From Desulfuromonas sp. (GTDB lineage: Bacteria; Desulfobacterota; Desulfuromonadia; Desulfuromonadales; Geopsychrobacteraceae), in assembly GCA_002868865.1 (NCBI GenBank), contig PKUC01000022.1, forward strand, positions 74,019-138,018: a stretch of 64,000 nt of DNA, in the 5' to 3' direction. Numbering within the stretch: position 1 is the first letter of the stretch; the number at the start of each line of letters is the position of its first letter. Below the pieces are notes generated by a model. It ran no database searches. It worked only from the letters and a program-made list of their open reading frames with translations, and had not been told where the DNA came from. A program made the position numbers and the translations under genes. Below are positions 10,354 to 19,294 of this stretch, piece after piece.

Positions 10354-11470
10354 CCAGACCAGCCTCAACCGCGCCCAGGCCCTGCTGCTCTACCTGGTCC
10401 TGACCGCGGGCATCGCCTCCGGCATCGCCATCTTCTCCTCGGCGTCGACCATCACCGACCTGCTGAAGACCGCGACAAACGGTCTGTTTCTGCCAATCCT
10501 GCTGTCTCTGATCGTCACCTTTCTGCTCGACCCTGTGGTCCAGTTTCTCGAAGGAGAACGGATCAGCCGGACCAACAGCATTTTTATCATCTACTTTCTG
10601 ATTGTGTCGCTGCTGATCTTTCTCTTTACCCTGATCGGCCCACCCAACTGGAAAGGGATGATGATCGCGCTCAAAGCCGATTTTCCGCGCTATATCGCCA
10701 GCGCCATCGCCTACCTCAACGACCTGCTCACCCGGGCTCAGGTTCACTTTCCCTTCATCGAGCGCTATGACCTGCCCGGCACCATCAGTCATTCGGCGCA
10801 GCAGTTTTTCGGCATCATTCTCAAAGAAACCCCCAAGTCGGCAATGCGCATCGGCAGCCTGTTTCTGCTGGTACCGCTGTTCTCCTTTTTCTTTCTACGG
10901 GACAGCAAACGGATCATGCGCAGCCTCATCAGCCTGACCCCCAACCGCTACTTCGAGATGGTCCTCGACATCTACGACCATGTCAGCTGGCAGCTGGCGC
11001 ACTTCATCCGCGGCCGGATCCTCGAAGCACTGATTATCGGAATCGTCGTCTATGTTGGTCTGTCTGTCACTGACATCCGCTATGCGCCGATCCTCGGCGT
11101 GGTCGCCGGGGTGACAAATCTGCTGCCCTACATCGGTCCGATCATCGGCATGATCCCCGGCATCGTCATCGCTCTGGTCGATCTGGGCATCGGTGGACAA
11201 TTCTGGTGGATCGTCTGTGTCTATCTGCTCATCGCCCAGATCATCCTCGATAACTTCATCCTGATTCCCATTCTTATTTCGCGGGTCTCCAACCTTCATC
11301 CGCTGTGGGTCATCCTCGCCATCGTCATGGGCGGCAAACTGTACGGCGTCATCGGCATGATAATCGGTGTCCCTATCGCCAGTATTATCAAGATTGCCCT
11401 GCTCGAAATTCGGCAGTACCGACGCACCTTTTACCGCAGTCCCCGCGTTTTTCTCGAGCGTAGCGACTAA
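10346..11470 (+). CDS. AI-2E family transporter (PerM/UPF0118)
   Basis: Multi-TM protein with family motifs (NLLPYIGPIIGMIPG, GVPIASI). ATG at 10346 overlaps the upstream stop by 8 nt. Confidence 0.85.
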   Translation: MSDQTSLNRAQALLLYLVLTAGIASGIAIFSSASTITDLLKTATNGLFLPILLSLIVTFLLDPVVQFLEGERISRTNSIFIIYFLIVSLLIFLFTLIGPPNWKGMMIALKADFPRYIASAIAYLNDLLTRAQVHFPFIERYDLPGTISHSAQQFFGIILKETPKSAMRIGSLFLLVPLFSFFFLRDSKRIMRSLISLTPNRYFEMVLDIYDHVSWQLAHFIRGRILEALIIGIVVYVGLSVTDIRYAPILGVVAGVTNLLPYIGPIIGMIPGIVIALVDLGIGGQFWWIVCVYLLIAQIILDNFILIPILISRVSNLHPLWVILAIVMGGKLYGVIGMIIGVPIASIIKIALLEIRQYRRTFYRSPRVFLERSD

Positions 11471-11527
11471 TGACGTAACACCTCACACCTCGGGGGTATA
11501 CCCTCCCAAGAGATTAGCCAAAACTCA

Positions 11528-11556
11528 TTGACATTCCCTACTTTCATGGATAAAGT
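11528..11556 (+). promoter_or_regulatory. Sigma-70-like promoter upstream of the REC-PilZ gene
   Basis: TTGACA, 17-nt spacer, TAAAGT, about 65 nt upstream of the ATG. Confidence 0.45.
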
Positions 11557-11622
11557 TATTCGGAGTTTTGGATGGACGACTAAAAATCGAGCTTTGACAG
11601 CAAGACCATGGGAGGGGGGGCT

Positions 11623-12447
11623 ATGATAGGAAATGGCAAAACGGTGGTCATCGTTGATGATCACGAAACACTGGTCATGTATCTGGCGGTCTTAATGAGC
11701 CGCATGGGATTTTCGGTCATCCCGGCGCGCAACGGCCAGGAAGCGCTCAAGGTTCTCAGCACCGTCAGTGCCGATCTGGTCATCACCGATCGCAATATGC
11801 CGATCATGGACGGAATGGTCCTGATCCGGCAGATGAAGAATACCCCCACCCTGTCCGATATCCCCATCATCATGTGCAGTGCCTACTGTGACCAGGAAAC
11901 CCTCGATGAAATCCTTGAACTGGGCGCCGTCGGTCTGCTGAAAAAACCGGTTAAAGTCGCCAGACTGCACAGCCTGCTTCAGGACTGCGTCACCTACCCC
12001 AACGCAACAAAACGCCGCCATCTGCGCTGCCCGTTCGGCAAAAAAGTCTCCCTCGGTATCGACGGACAAACCCTTGAGCTGTATGCCGTTATACTCTCTG
12101 AAGGTGGCATCTACCTGCGGACCCAGAAGCCGCTCGAGACCGGAACAACCCTGAGCGTCCGCTTTGAGCCGGTCGAAGGTCAGAGCATTCAGGTCCAGGG
12201 GGAGGTGATCTACCAGAAGACGGTCTTCAACGACATCTATTCGATCGATCCCGGGATGGCGATCCGCTTCAGGGACCTTGACGACGCGCAACAATCCGTG
12301 CTGCGCAATGCGATCATAGAGATTCTGGCCGGCGACCTGAAAGACGACTCGCAGAACCCTCTGATCGATCACTCAGCGGAACTCTCTCCATCCAGTGTAA
12401 CCACACCGGTAAACGAAACACCGCAACCGGGGCAACGGCTCCACTAA
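11623..12447 (+). CDS. Response-regulator receiver fused to a PilZ c-di-GMP-binding domain
   Basis: REC domain (VVIVDDHE...DLVITDRNMPIMDG...KP). PilZ motifs RRHLR and LSEGG. ATG at 11623 follows GGGAGG; an alternative ATG lies at 11608. Confidence 0.8.
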   Translation: MIGNGKTVVIVDDHETLVMYLAVLMSRMGFSVIPARNGQEALKVLSTVSADLVITDRNMPIMDGMVLIRQMKNTPTLSDIPIIMCSAYCDQETLDEILELGAVGLLKKPVKVARLHSLLQDCVTYPNATKRRHLRCPFGKKVSLGIDGQTLELYAVILSEGGIYLRTQKPLETGTTLSVRFEPVEGQSIQVQGEVIYQKTVFNDIYSIDPGMAIRFRDLDDAQQSVLRNAIIEILAGDLKDDSQNPLIDHSAELSPSSVTTPVNETPQPGQRLH

Positions 12448-12471
12448 AAACCGATTCTCCGCCGCAACGAC

Positions 12472-12500
12472 AAGAGGCCGCTCCTTTCGGGCGGCCTCTT
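12472..12500. terminator. Hairpin between the convergent REC-PilZ and GGDEF-EAL genes
   Basis: AAGAGGCCGC-(9 nt)-GCGGCCTCTT: 10-bp stem with no clear U-tract on either strand. Confidence 0.45.
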
Positions 12501-12527
12501 CTGATTGATCAAATGTTGCTGCCCCAA

Positions 12528-15314
12528 TCACCCCTGAGCCTCAGAGTCCTCACATTCACTGAAATAGGATTCGAGTTCAGCCACGGTTTTCGGCTTACTG
12601 AAATAGTAGCCCTGCCCCTGCTCACACCCCTTACCGCGCAGTAGGCTGAGCTGTTCGCTGGTCTCGATCCCTTCGGCAATCACCTCGAGCCGCATATTGT
12701 GACCCAGATCGATAATCGACGAAACGATCGCCGACACATCGGAATCCCCTGCCAGATCCCTCACAAAAGACTGGTCGATTTTCAGCTTGGTGATGGGAAA
12801 GTTCTTCAGATAACGCAACGACGAATAGCCGGTGCCGAAATCATCGATCGCCAGATGGATGCCGCGGACCTTCAGATCGGTGAGAATCATGATCGCTTCA
12901 CGGTAATTCTCCATGATGACGTTTTCGGTGATTTCCAACTCCAACCACTGCGGATCGAGTCCCGTCTCTGCCAGGACACGATCGACCATATCGACAAATC
13001 CCGGCTGTTTGAACTGGCGCACCGACACGTTGACCGCCACCCTTATCGGCGGGATACCTCGATCTTGCCACATCTTGTTCTGCGTGCACGCCGCTTTCAA
13101 AATCCATTCACCCATCGGTATAATCTGACCGGTATCTTCCGCCAACGGGATAAAGTCAGCCGGCGATACTAGGCCGCGCTTATTATGCGTCCAGCGCATC
13201 AGCGCTTCGACACCGACCAGTTTATCCGTCTGCAGATCGAACTGGGGTTGATACATGACAAAAAACTCGTCCAGATCCAATGCATGGGCCAGGTCGTTTT
13301 CGAGCAACAGCATCTCGTGGGTCCGCGCATTGAGATCAGGGGTATAAAACTGGCAGTTGTTGCGACCCTGTTGCTTCGCCCGATACATGGCAGAATCGGC
13401 ACACTGCATCAGACCCTCGGCATCTGCGGCATCATCAGGATACAGTGCAATGCCGATGCTGCTGGTGACATGTAACTCCGTACCCTTGACATGAATCCCC
13501 TGCTTGAGGGCACTGAGGATCTTCTGCGCTACAGCGATGACACTCTGAGCCCCCCTAAACTCTTCGAGGATGATCACAAACTCATCACCGCCGAGCCGTG
13601 CCACGGTATCGGTCTGTCGCACCAAATCCTGAAGACGGTCGGCGACAACCTTGAGCAGCTTGTCGCCGGCATCGTGCCCCAGCGAGTCGTTGATATTTTT
13701 GAATCGATCCAGGTCAAGGAAAAGAAGGGCAATCTGTTTGCTGGAACGCCGACTCATAGCCATCGAATGCACCAGACGATCGAGAAACAGCAAACGGTTC
13801 GGCAGGCCGGTCAATGAGTCGTGATGGGCGATGTGGGTCATCCGTTCTTCACTGGCTTTAAGCCGTTCCTCAGCCTCCACCCGCTCGGTAATGTCCCGGG
13901 AGGCTTCGATCACAGCGCGCAAAGTGCCTTCATCGTTCCACAACGGGGTCGCATCCAGTTCGAAAATACGTTCTTCACCACTGGCAAAGCGGTGTCGATG
14001 AACCGCCACCGCACGCTTACCGGTGCGGCGCACTTCATCCAGCGGGCAGGGGTGCTCTGCGCCACAGCAAGGCTCATCACTCTGGTGAGACAACTTATGA
14101 CAGGTCAAGTGCTCTGGAACATCACCGTCATGCGGCAGATAAGAATGTGCTGCGCGGTTCATCAACAACACTTCGTAATCCGGAGAAATCACTACCAGCG
14201 GATCCGTGGCACCGTCGATAATGGCCTGCAGGAAGGCGCGATCTTCTTCGATGATCTGTTCGATTTTTTTCTGTTTGGTGATATCGACAATCGCACCGAC
14301 CAAACCAGTGATCTGATCGTCTGCGTTCCTGATGACCGCCTTCTGAAACAGCACATTTTGTGCTGAGCTGTCCGACCGGCAAAATTCCGCTTCGTATGCC
14401 TTGATCTCACCAGTTTCAAACAGTTCGCGGTCGGCAGCATCGCAGATGCTGGCAAATTCTCCCGAAGCAAAATCGTGAACCGTCGATCCGACAACCTGCT
14501 CCTTGGGCAGGCCAAAGTGCTCTTCAAACGCCTTATTGCACCCCAGATACACCCCGTTGGAGTCTTTGAAAAAGATCGGTGTCGGCACTGCACTCAGGGT
14601 AGTTTCGAGCAGGGTGGCCTGATCCCGCAACGCTTTCTCTGCGCGAATCTGTTCTTTCCGCAATCGTCGTGCACGCACCGCGAGAACGTATATACCCACC
14701 AGCAGAAGGGACGACATGCCTCCCATCTGCAAAGCAGAGTTTCGATGCAACGCCATCATCGCCGTTTTGCGGCCGGTCACCTCGTAGTAGATCTCAAACG
14801 CACCGACGAAGGCCCCGTGACGCATAATCGGCACGTAGGTCTCCACGACATCCGCTATAAAAAGCTCATCTTCGAGAGAACGGGATTCTTTGACAACGAG
14901 TTTGCTGAAAGGCTGGCCCTGGGCGACGATATTGTGGAAATAGGGCTTGGTATTGAGTGTTCCGATATCATCCGCCGAAGTAGAGAACAGGACCCTGCCC
15001 TCGGCGGTAAAAATCTTCAGTTTCCACAGGCCAAGACTTTCTCTGTGCGCATCTATCTTCTCTAAGCGGCTTGCAATCTGCGCGTCGGTGACCTTCTCAT
15101 CTTCTGGAAAAATTTCCCAGGACAGATGACGGGCAATGCGGATCGCATCCTGCTCGGTGGCAGAAACCAGCTGCTTGAAAATCGCCGGTTCAAAAACAAA
15201 ATAAATATAGAGAGGAAATCCGACACCGACGATGACGGTAAAGACAAGAAAAGCAATGAGCGTTTTGGTGTTGTGCATCTGGCCAACCGCAGCTGTCTGC
15301 AATAAGCGTTTCAT
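12528..15314 (-). CDS. Membrane sensor with periplasmic Cache-like domain, two PAS domains, GGDEF and EAL domains
   Basis: Intact GGDEF (RLGGDEFVI) and EAL (EALMRW, DDFGTGYSSL) motifs. Two TM segments flank a periplasmic domain. ATG at 15314 follows GGGAGG. Confidence 0.9.
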   Translation of the reverse strand: MKRLLQTAAVGQMHNTKTLIAFLVFTVIVGVGFPLYIYFVFEPAIFKQLVSATEQDAIRIARHLSWEIFPEDEKVTDAQIASRLEKIDAHRESLGLWKLKIFTAEGRVLFSTSADDIGTLNTKPYFHNIVAQGQPFSKLVVKESRSLEDELFIADVVETYVPIMRHGAFVGAFEIYYEVTGRKTAMMALHRNSALQMGGMSSLLLVGIYVLAVRARRLRKEQIRAEKALRDQATLLETTLSAVPTPIFFKDSNGVYLGCNKAFEEHFGLPKEQVVGSTVHDFASGEFASICDAADRELFETGEIKAYEAEFCRSDSSAQNVLFQKAVIRNADDQITGLVGAIVDITKQKKIEQIIEEDRAFLQAIIDGATDPLVVISPDYEVLLMNRAAHSYLPHDGDVPEHLTCHKLSHQSDEPCCGAEHPCPLDEVRRTGKRAVAVHRHRFASGEERIFELDATPLWNDEGTLRAVIEASRDITERVEAEERLKASEERMTHIAHHDSLTGLPNRLLFLDRLVHSMAMSRRSSKQIALLFLDLDRFKNINDSLGHDAGDKLLKVVADRLQDLVRQTDTVARLGGDEFVIILEEFRGAQSVIAVAQKILSALKQGIHVKGTELHVTSSIGIALYPDDAADAEGLMQCADSAMYRAKQQGRNNCQFYTPDLNARTHEMLLLENDLAHALDLDEFFVMYQPQFDLQTDKLVGVEALMRWTHNKRGLVSPADFIPLAEDTGQIIPMGEWILKAACTQNKMWQDRGIPPIRVAVNVSVRQFKQPGFVDMVDRVLAETGLDPQWLELEITENVIMENYREAIMILTDLKVRGIHLAIDDFGTGYSSLRYLKNFPITKLKIDQSFVRDLAGDSDVSAIVSSIIDLGHNMRLEVIAEGIETSEQLSLLRGKGCEQGQGYYFSKPKTVAELESYFSECEDSEAQG

Positions 15315-15482
15315 CCCCCCTCCCAAAAAGTATAAACCTGCAATAATTTACCATTTCTAACACAAGCGGTCAACGCCCATAAAAACATTGTCAAACGTTA
15401 CCATAAAGCACCCCACTACAGTCCGGATAAAAGCCTCAGCCCCCGGTGGCCAGCGACCATTCGCCAGGAGTGAAACAGCCTG

Positions 15483-15501
15483 TTTCTATTCATAATAGAA
15501 A
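15483..15501. promoter_or_regulatory. Perfect 8-3-8 palindrome upstream of the kinase/NtrC operon
   Basis: TTTCTATT-CAT-AATAGAAA, about 50 nt upstream of the kinase ATG, in the divergent intergenic region. Confidence 0.35.
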
Positions 15502-15551
15502 TGTGTTAGATTTTCGCCTGCCCGACGACCCAAAATAAAAATGGATGGTCA

Positions 15552-17522
15552 ATGAGTCGCTTTCTGTTCCGCTGGATCAACAATCTGAAGTTGCGCTGGA
15601 AGATGATGGTGGTGGTCTTGCCTCTGGTGGTCGTACCGATCTTCGTCCTCGGCGGACTGGTCGGCTACGTCGCCACCTCGCAGTCCTATCAGGGGCTCAT
15701 CGCCGCAGGACGAACCGACCTCGACCATATGGCGGAGTTCACCCTCGACCTGCTCGACGGGCACTACCGTCAATACGAAGTCTACCGTGAAGATCGAAAG
15801 AGACTGGTTCACGACGAGTTGGCGGCATTGGTCAACCTGGCTTACACCCTGGTCGAGGAGGAGCAACGCCAGCACCGGGAAGGACACTCCGCCTTAAGCA
15901 CAGCACAGGACGCCGCCAGCCGGGCGCTTAAAGGGGTCAGCATCGGCGGCAGCGGCTACCTCTACGCGATAAACAGTCAGGGAGTTCTGACCGCGCACAT
16001 TGCCCGCGAGGGTGAAAATGTCGCCAACGAGCAGGACCAGCAGGGTCACTTTTTCATTCACGACATGCTCAGCCGGGCACTGGTCACCGACCCGGACGAG
16101 GTACTCTTCAGCACTTATCCCTGGCGAAACGAAGCCCTCGGCGACAGTCGCCCCCGCGAAAAGATCGTCGCTTACCGGTACTTTCCCGCATGGGACTGGA
16201 TCATTGCGGCCGGTGGTTATCTGGACGAAACCTATGAAGACTTCACCTTTGAACAATCGGCCTTTGCCGCGCTGAAGGAACAGATCAAAAATAAAAAGGT
16301 CGGCAAAACCGGCTATATCTTCGGCATGAACAGCAAGGGGCTACTGACCGTACATCCCGACGCCGAGGGGCGGAACATCTTCGACGCGCGCGATTCCGAA
16401 AACCGCGCCTTTATCGCTGAAATGTGCCGCAACAAAGACGGTTGGATTCGCTATCCGTGGCGCAACGAGGGCGAAGACAAGGCACGGATGAAGATCGTCC
16501 GCTACCGCTACTTTAAGCCCTGGGACTGGATCATCGCTGTCGGTAGCTACGAGGATGAGTTTCACGGCCCTGCCAACCGCATTAAATGGCGGATCATCAC
16601 CCATATCCTCACCCTGCCGCTGGTCATCGGCCTGCTGGCGGCGGCAATGGTGTTTCTGGCAGCCAAGGTCCTCACCGATCCGATCCACCAGATGAATGCC
16701 GTCATCCGCCGGGTCAAGCAGGGCAAGCTCGACGAGCAGATGCCGGTCAACAGCCACGATGAACTGGGGGAGCTGGCGACCACCTTCAACCGCATGACCC
16801 GCATGCTGCGCCGCAACAAAGAGATGGAAGCGGCCCTCGCCCAGCAGGGCAAGATGGCGTCGCTGGGGGTCCTATCATCCGGAGTCGCCCACGAAATCAA
16901 CAACCCTTTGGGCGTTATTCTCGGCTACGCCGGCTATCTGGAAAAGAAAATCCCCGAGGACGATCCCAACTACCGCTTCATCCACGAGATCAAGCGCGAG
17001 AGCAAGCGCTGCAAAAAAATCGTGCAGGACCTGCTCAGCTACGCCCGCACTCCCAAGTCGGTCCTCGAAGAGACCGACCTTAACCGATTGCTGGGACAGA
17101 TTATCGAATTCGCCACCAACCACACCGACCTCAACAGCGTACAGATTATCCGCAACCTCAGCTACGACATCCCGCCACTGCAGGCGGACGGCGATCAGCT
17201 GCGGCAGGTAGCAATCAACCTGATTCTCAACGCTGGCGCGGCCATGCCCGATGGTGGCCAAATTGAAGTCCGCACCTTCCTCGAAGACGACAAATGGGCG
17301 CGCATCGAATTCTGCGACACCGGCAGCGGAATCAGTGACGAAAACGTGGAAAAGATCTTTGAACCGTTCTTCACCACCCGTGCCCGCGGTACCGGGCTGG
17401 GGCTGGCGATCACAAAACAGATCATCGATCAGCATCAGGGCGAAATCTTTATCGATTCAGTTGTCAATCAGGGGACGACCGTGGTCGTTCGCCTGCCACT
17501 CGGCCTCCCAGCGTCCTGCTGA
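15552..17522 (+). CDS. Sensor histidine kinase with tandem Cache-like periplasmic modules, HAMP, HisKA and HATPase domains
   Basis: Internal duplication (YPWRNEALGDSRPREKIVAYRYFPAWDWIIAAGGY / YPWRNEGEDKARMKIVRYRYFKPWDWIIAVGSY). H-box SSGVAHEINNPL. G-boxes DTGSGI and GTGLGL. Confidence 0.9.
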   Translation: MSRFLFRWINNLKLRWKMMVVVLPLVVVPIFVLGGLVGYVATSQSYQGLIAAGRTDLDHMAEFTLDLLDGHYRQYEVYREDRKRLVHDELAALVNLAYTLVEEEQRQHREGHSALSTAQDAASRALKGVSIGGSGYLYAINSQGVLTAHIAREGENVANEQDQQGHFFIHDMLSRALVTDPDEVLFSTYPWRNEALGDSRPREKIVAYRYFPAWDWIIAAGGYLDETYEDFTFEQSAFAALKEQIKNKKVGKTGYIFGMNSKGLLTVHPDAEGRNIFDARDSENRAFIAEMCRNKDGWIRYPWRNEGEDKARMKIVRYRYFKPWDWIIAVGSYEDEFHGPANRIKWRIITHILTLPLVIGLLAAAMVFLAAKVLTDPIHQMNAVIRRVKQGKLDEQMPVNSHDELGELATTFNRMTRMLRRNKEMEAALAQQGKMASLGVLSSGVAHEINNPLGVILGYAGYLEKKIPEDDPNYRFIHEIKRESKRCKKIVQDLLSYARTPKSVLEETDLNRLLGQIIEFATNHTDLNSVQIIRNLSYDIPPLQADGDQLRQVAINLILNAGAAMPDGGQIEVRTFLEDDKWARIEFCDTGSGISDENVEKIFEPFFTTRARGTGLGLAITKQIIDQHQGEIFIDSVVNQGTTVVVRLPLGLPASC

Positions 17523-17557
17523 GCCGAGGGCCGAACGTTGCGTAAAGGACCTGCAGT

Positions 17558-18919
17558 ATGTCAGCAAAAAAAATCATGATTATCGACAACGAAGAGGGGC
17601 TCTGTCACATGATGGAGGCCGTGCTGATGGATGACGGTCACGCGGTGCGTTCCTTTACCGACCCGCTGGCCGCGGTGGAAACCTTCCGCCCCGACACCTG
17701 GGATCTGGTCATCAGCGACATCAAGATGCCGGGCATCGACGGCCTGGAGGTGCTGCAGCGGATCAAAAAGATCGAGGAGAAAATCCCGGTCATCATGATC
17801 ACCGCTTTCGCCACCGTGGAGATGTCAATTCAGGCGCTGCGACACGGCGCTTACGACATGCTGACCAAGCCGTTCGAACCGGACGAGTTGCTGTTCCGCG
17901 TCCGCAACGCCCTCAGTCACAACCAGCTGCTCACCGAAAACCAGCAGTTGCGCCAGGAGCTGACTGAAAAATTCAACTTCGACACCATCATCGGTGCATC
18001 CACCAGTCTGCAGCAGCTGCTGCAGAAAGTCGAAAAGGTCGCAGTGCGCGACACATCAGTGCTGATCACCGGCGAATCGGGCACCGGCAAAGAACTGATC
18101 GCTCAGGCCATCCACTACAACTCTCCTCGTCGCAACGGCCGCTTCATCGCCATCAACTGCGGTGCAATCCCCGAATCGGTGCTCGAAAGCGAACTGTTCG
18201 GCCACAAAAAAGGCGCCTTCACCGGTGCCACCACCGATCGCGAGGGGCTGTTGAAGGCCGCCGACGGCGGCACCCTGTTCCTCGACGAAATCGGCAACCT
18301 GCCCCTCAACATGCAGAAAACCCTGCTCCGTTTTCTGCAGGAGCGTGAATTTCTACGGGTCGGCGAAACCGAACCGACCCAGGTCGATGTGCGGCTGCTT
18401 TCAGCCACCAACTCCGACCTCGCAGTCGAAGTCGAAAAGGGGACCTTCCGCGAAGATTTCTTCTACCGGCTCAACGTCATCAACCTGCACATGCCGCCGC
18501 TGCGGGAGCGACGCCCCGACATCGCCCTGCTCGCTGCCCATTTCATCACCCTCCAGAACCAGGAATTCACCACCGAAATCACCGGGCTCAGTCCCGAAGC
18601 GCTCCGCGCCGCCAGCGAATTTTCATGGCCCGGCAACATCCGTCAGCTGAAAAACGTCATCGAGGCCTGCATGACCATCGAAACGGAAAGCACGATCAGC
18701 CTCGACACCCTTTCTCAGTTTATCGAGATCGAAGGGGTCACATCGGCGGACGCCGATTACAACGACGCCTTGGCGCGTTTCGAAATCGATTATCTGCAGC
18801 AGCTGATCCGCTCCTCGGGAGGCAATATCGAAGAGGCCGCGCAGAAGGCAGGGATGAATATGGCGACCATCTACCGCAAAATGAAAAAACACGGCCTAAA
18901 AAAGGACAACTTCGTCTAA
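17558..18919 (+). CDS. Sigma-54-dependent response regulator (NtrC family)
   Basis: REC domain. AAA+ domain with GESGTGKE and GAFTGA. C-terminal Fis-type HTH (AAQKAGMNMATIYRKMKKHGL). Confidence 0.95.
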   Translation: MSAKKIMIIDNEEGLCHMMEAVLMDDGHAVRSFTDPLAAVETFRPDTWDLVISDIKMPGIDGLEVLQRIKKIEEKIPVIMITAFATVEMSIQALRHGAYDMLTKPFEPDELLFRVRNALSHNQLLTENQQLRQELTEKFNFDTIIGASTSLQQLLQKVEKVAVRDTSVLITGESGTGKELIAQAIHYNSPRRNGRFIAINCGAIPESVLESELFGHKKGAFTGATTDREGLLKAADGGTLFLDEIGNLPLNMQKTLLRFLQEREFLRVGETEPTQVDVRLLSATNSDLAVEVEKGTFREDFFYRLNVINLHMPPLRERRPDIALLAAHFITLQNQEFTTEITGLSPEALRAASEFSWPGNIRQLKNVIEACMTIETESTISLDTLSQFIEIEGVTSADADYNDALARFEIDYLQQLIRSSGGNIEEAAQKAGMNMATIYRKMKKHGLKKDNFV

Positions 18920-18937
18920 TGGGCCGCGGTGCACAGC

Positions 18938-18979
18938 ATTGCAAAAACGCAAACGAACCGCTTTGCAATTCTGCAAAAG
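18938..18979 (+). promoter_or_regulatory. Possible enhancer (UAS) half-sites for the NtrC-type activator
   Basis: ATTGCAAA ... TTTGCAAT inverted pair plus a third TGCAAAAG, about 210-250 nt upstream of the -24/-12 element. Confidence 0.2.
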
Positions 18980-19189
18980 GACAGATAACCACCTGTAAAT
19001 CAAAGGCATACTAAAGAGAAATGTCCATAAAAACGGACTAAAAGTCCGCATCTGACCCCCCTTCCTGCACCCGCCTCCGCTGCTCTTTTTGCGCATCTGC
19101 AAACACCTCCGTTTGAAGCCGTCCCGCACTTGACCCACCAGAACAGCAACCAGCCGGAATTACAGCATTCTTAAAAAACCGTTCTACTT

Positions 19190-19206
19190 CGGCACAGGTC
19201 TCGCAT
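19190..19206 (+). promoter_or_regulatory. Candidate sigma-54 (-24/-12) promoter for the SatP-like operon
   Basis: CGGCACAGGTCTCGCAT compared with the TGGCACG-N4-TTGCW consensus. GG and GC are at the correct 11-nt spacing. Located 89 nt upstream of the ATG, directly after an NtrC-family gene. Confidence 0.5.
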
Positions 19207-19236
19207 ACTGAGACAAACAAAAGTAACACCTCTCTC

Positions 19237-19266
19237 GGGGGGAGGCGGCCGTGCCGCCTCGCCCCC
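19237..19266 (+). promoter_or_regulatory. Very stable GC hairpin in the predicted 5' leader of the SatP-like gene
   Basis: GGGGGGAGGCGGC-CGT-GCCGCCTC(G)GCCCCC: 13 bp with one bulge, followed by AAATCTTTTT and then the SD AGGAGG. Confidence 0.5.
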
Positions 19267-19294
19267 AAATCTTTTTCCTCAGGAGGCTGTTTTC

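Noticed and set aside
11467-11664. Small intergenic ORFs: 11467-11664 (-), 48257-48454 (-), 18896-19268 (-), 26732-27085 (+) and 63492-63956 (-).
   Set aside because: They have no SD and odd composition. They overlap promoters, terminators or the starts of real genes, and none shows a recognisable motif.
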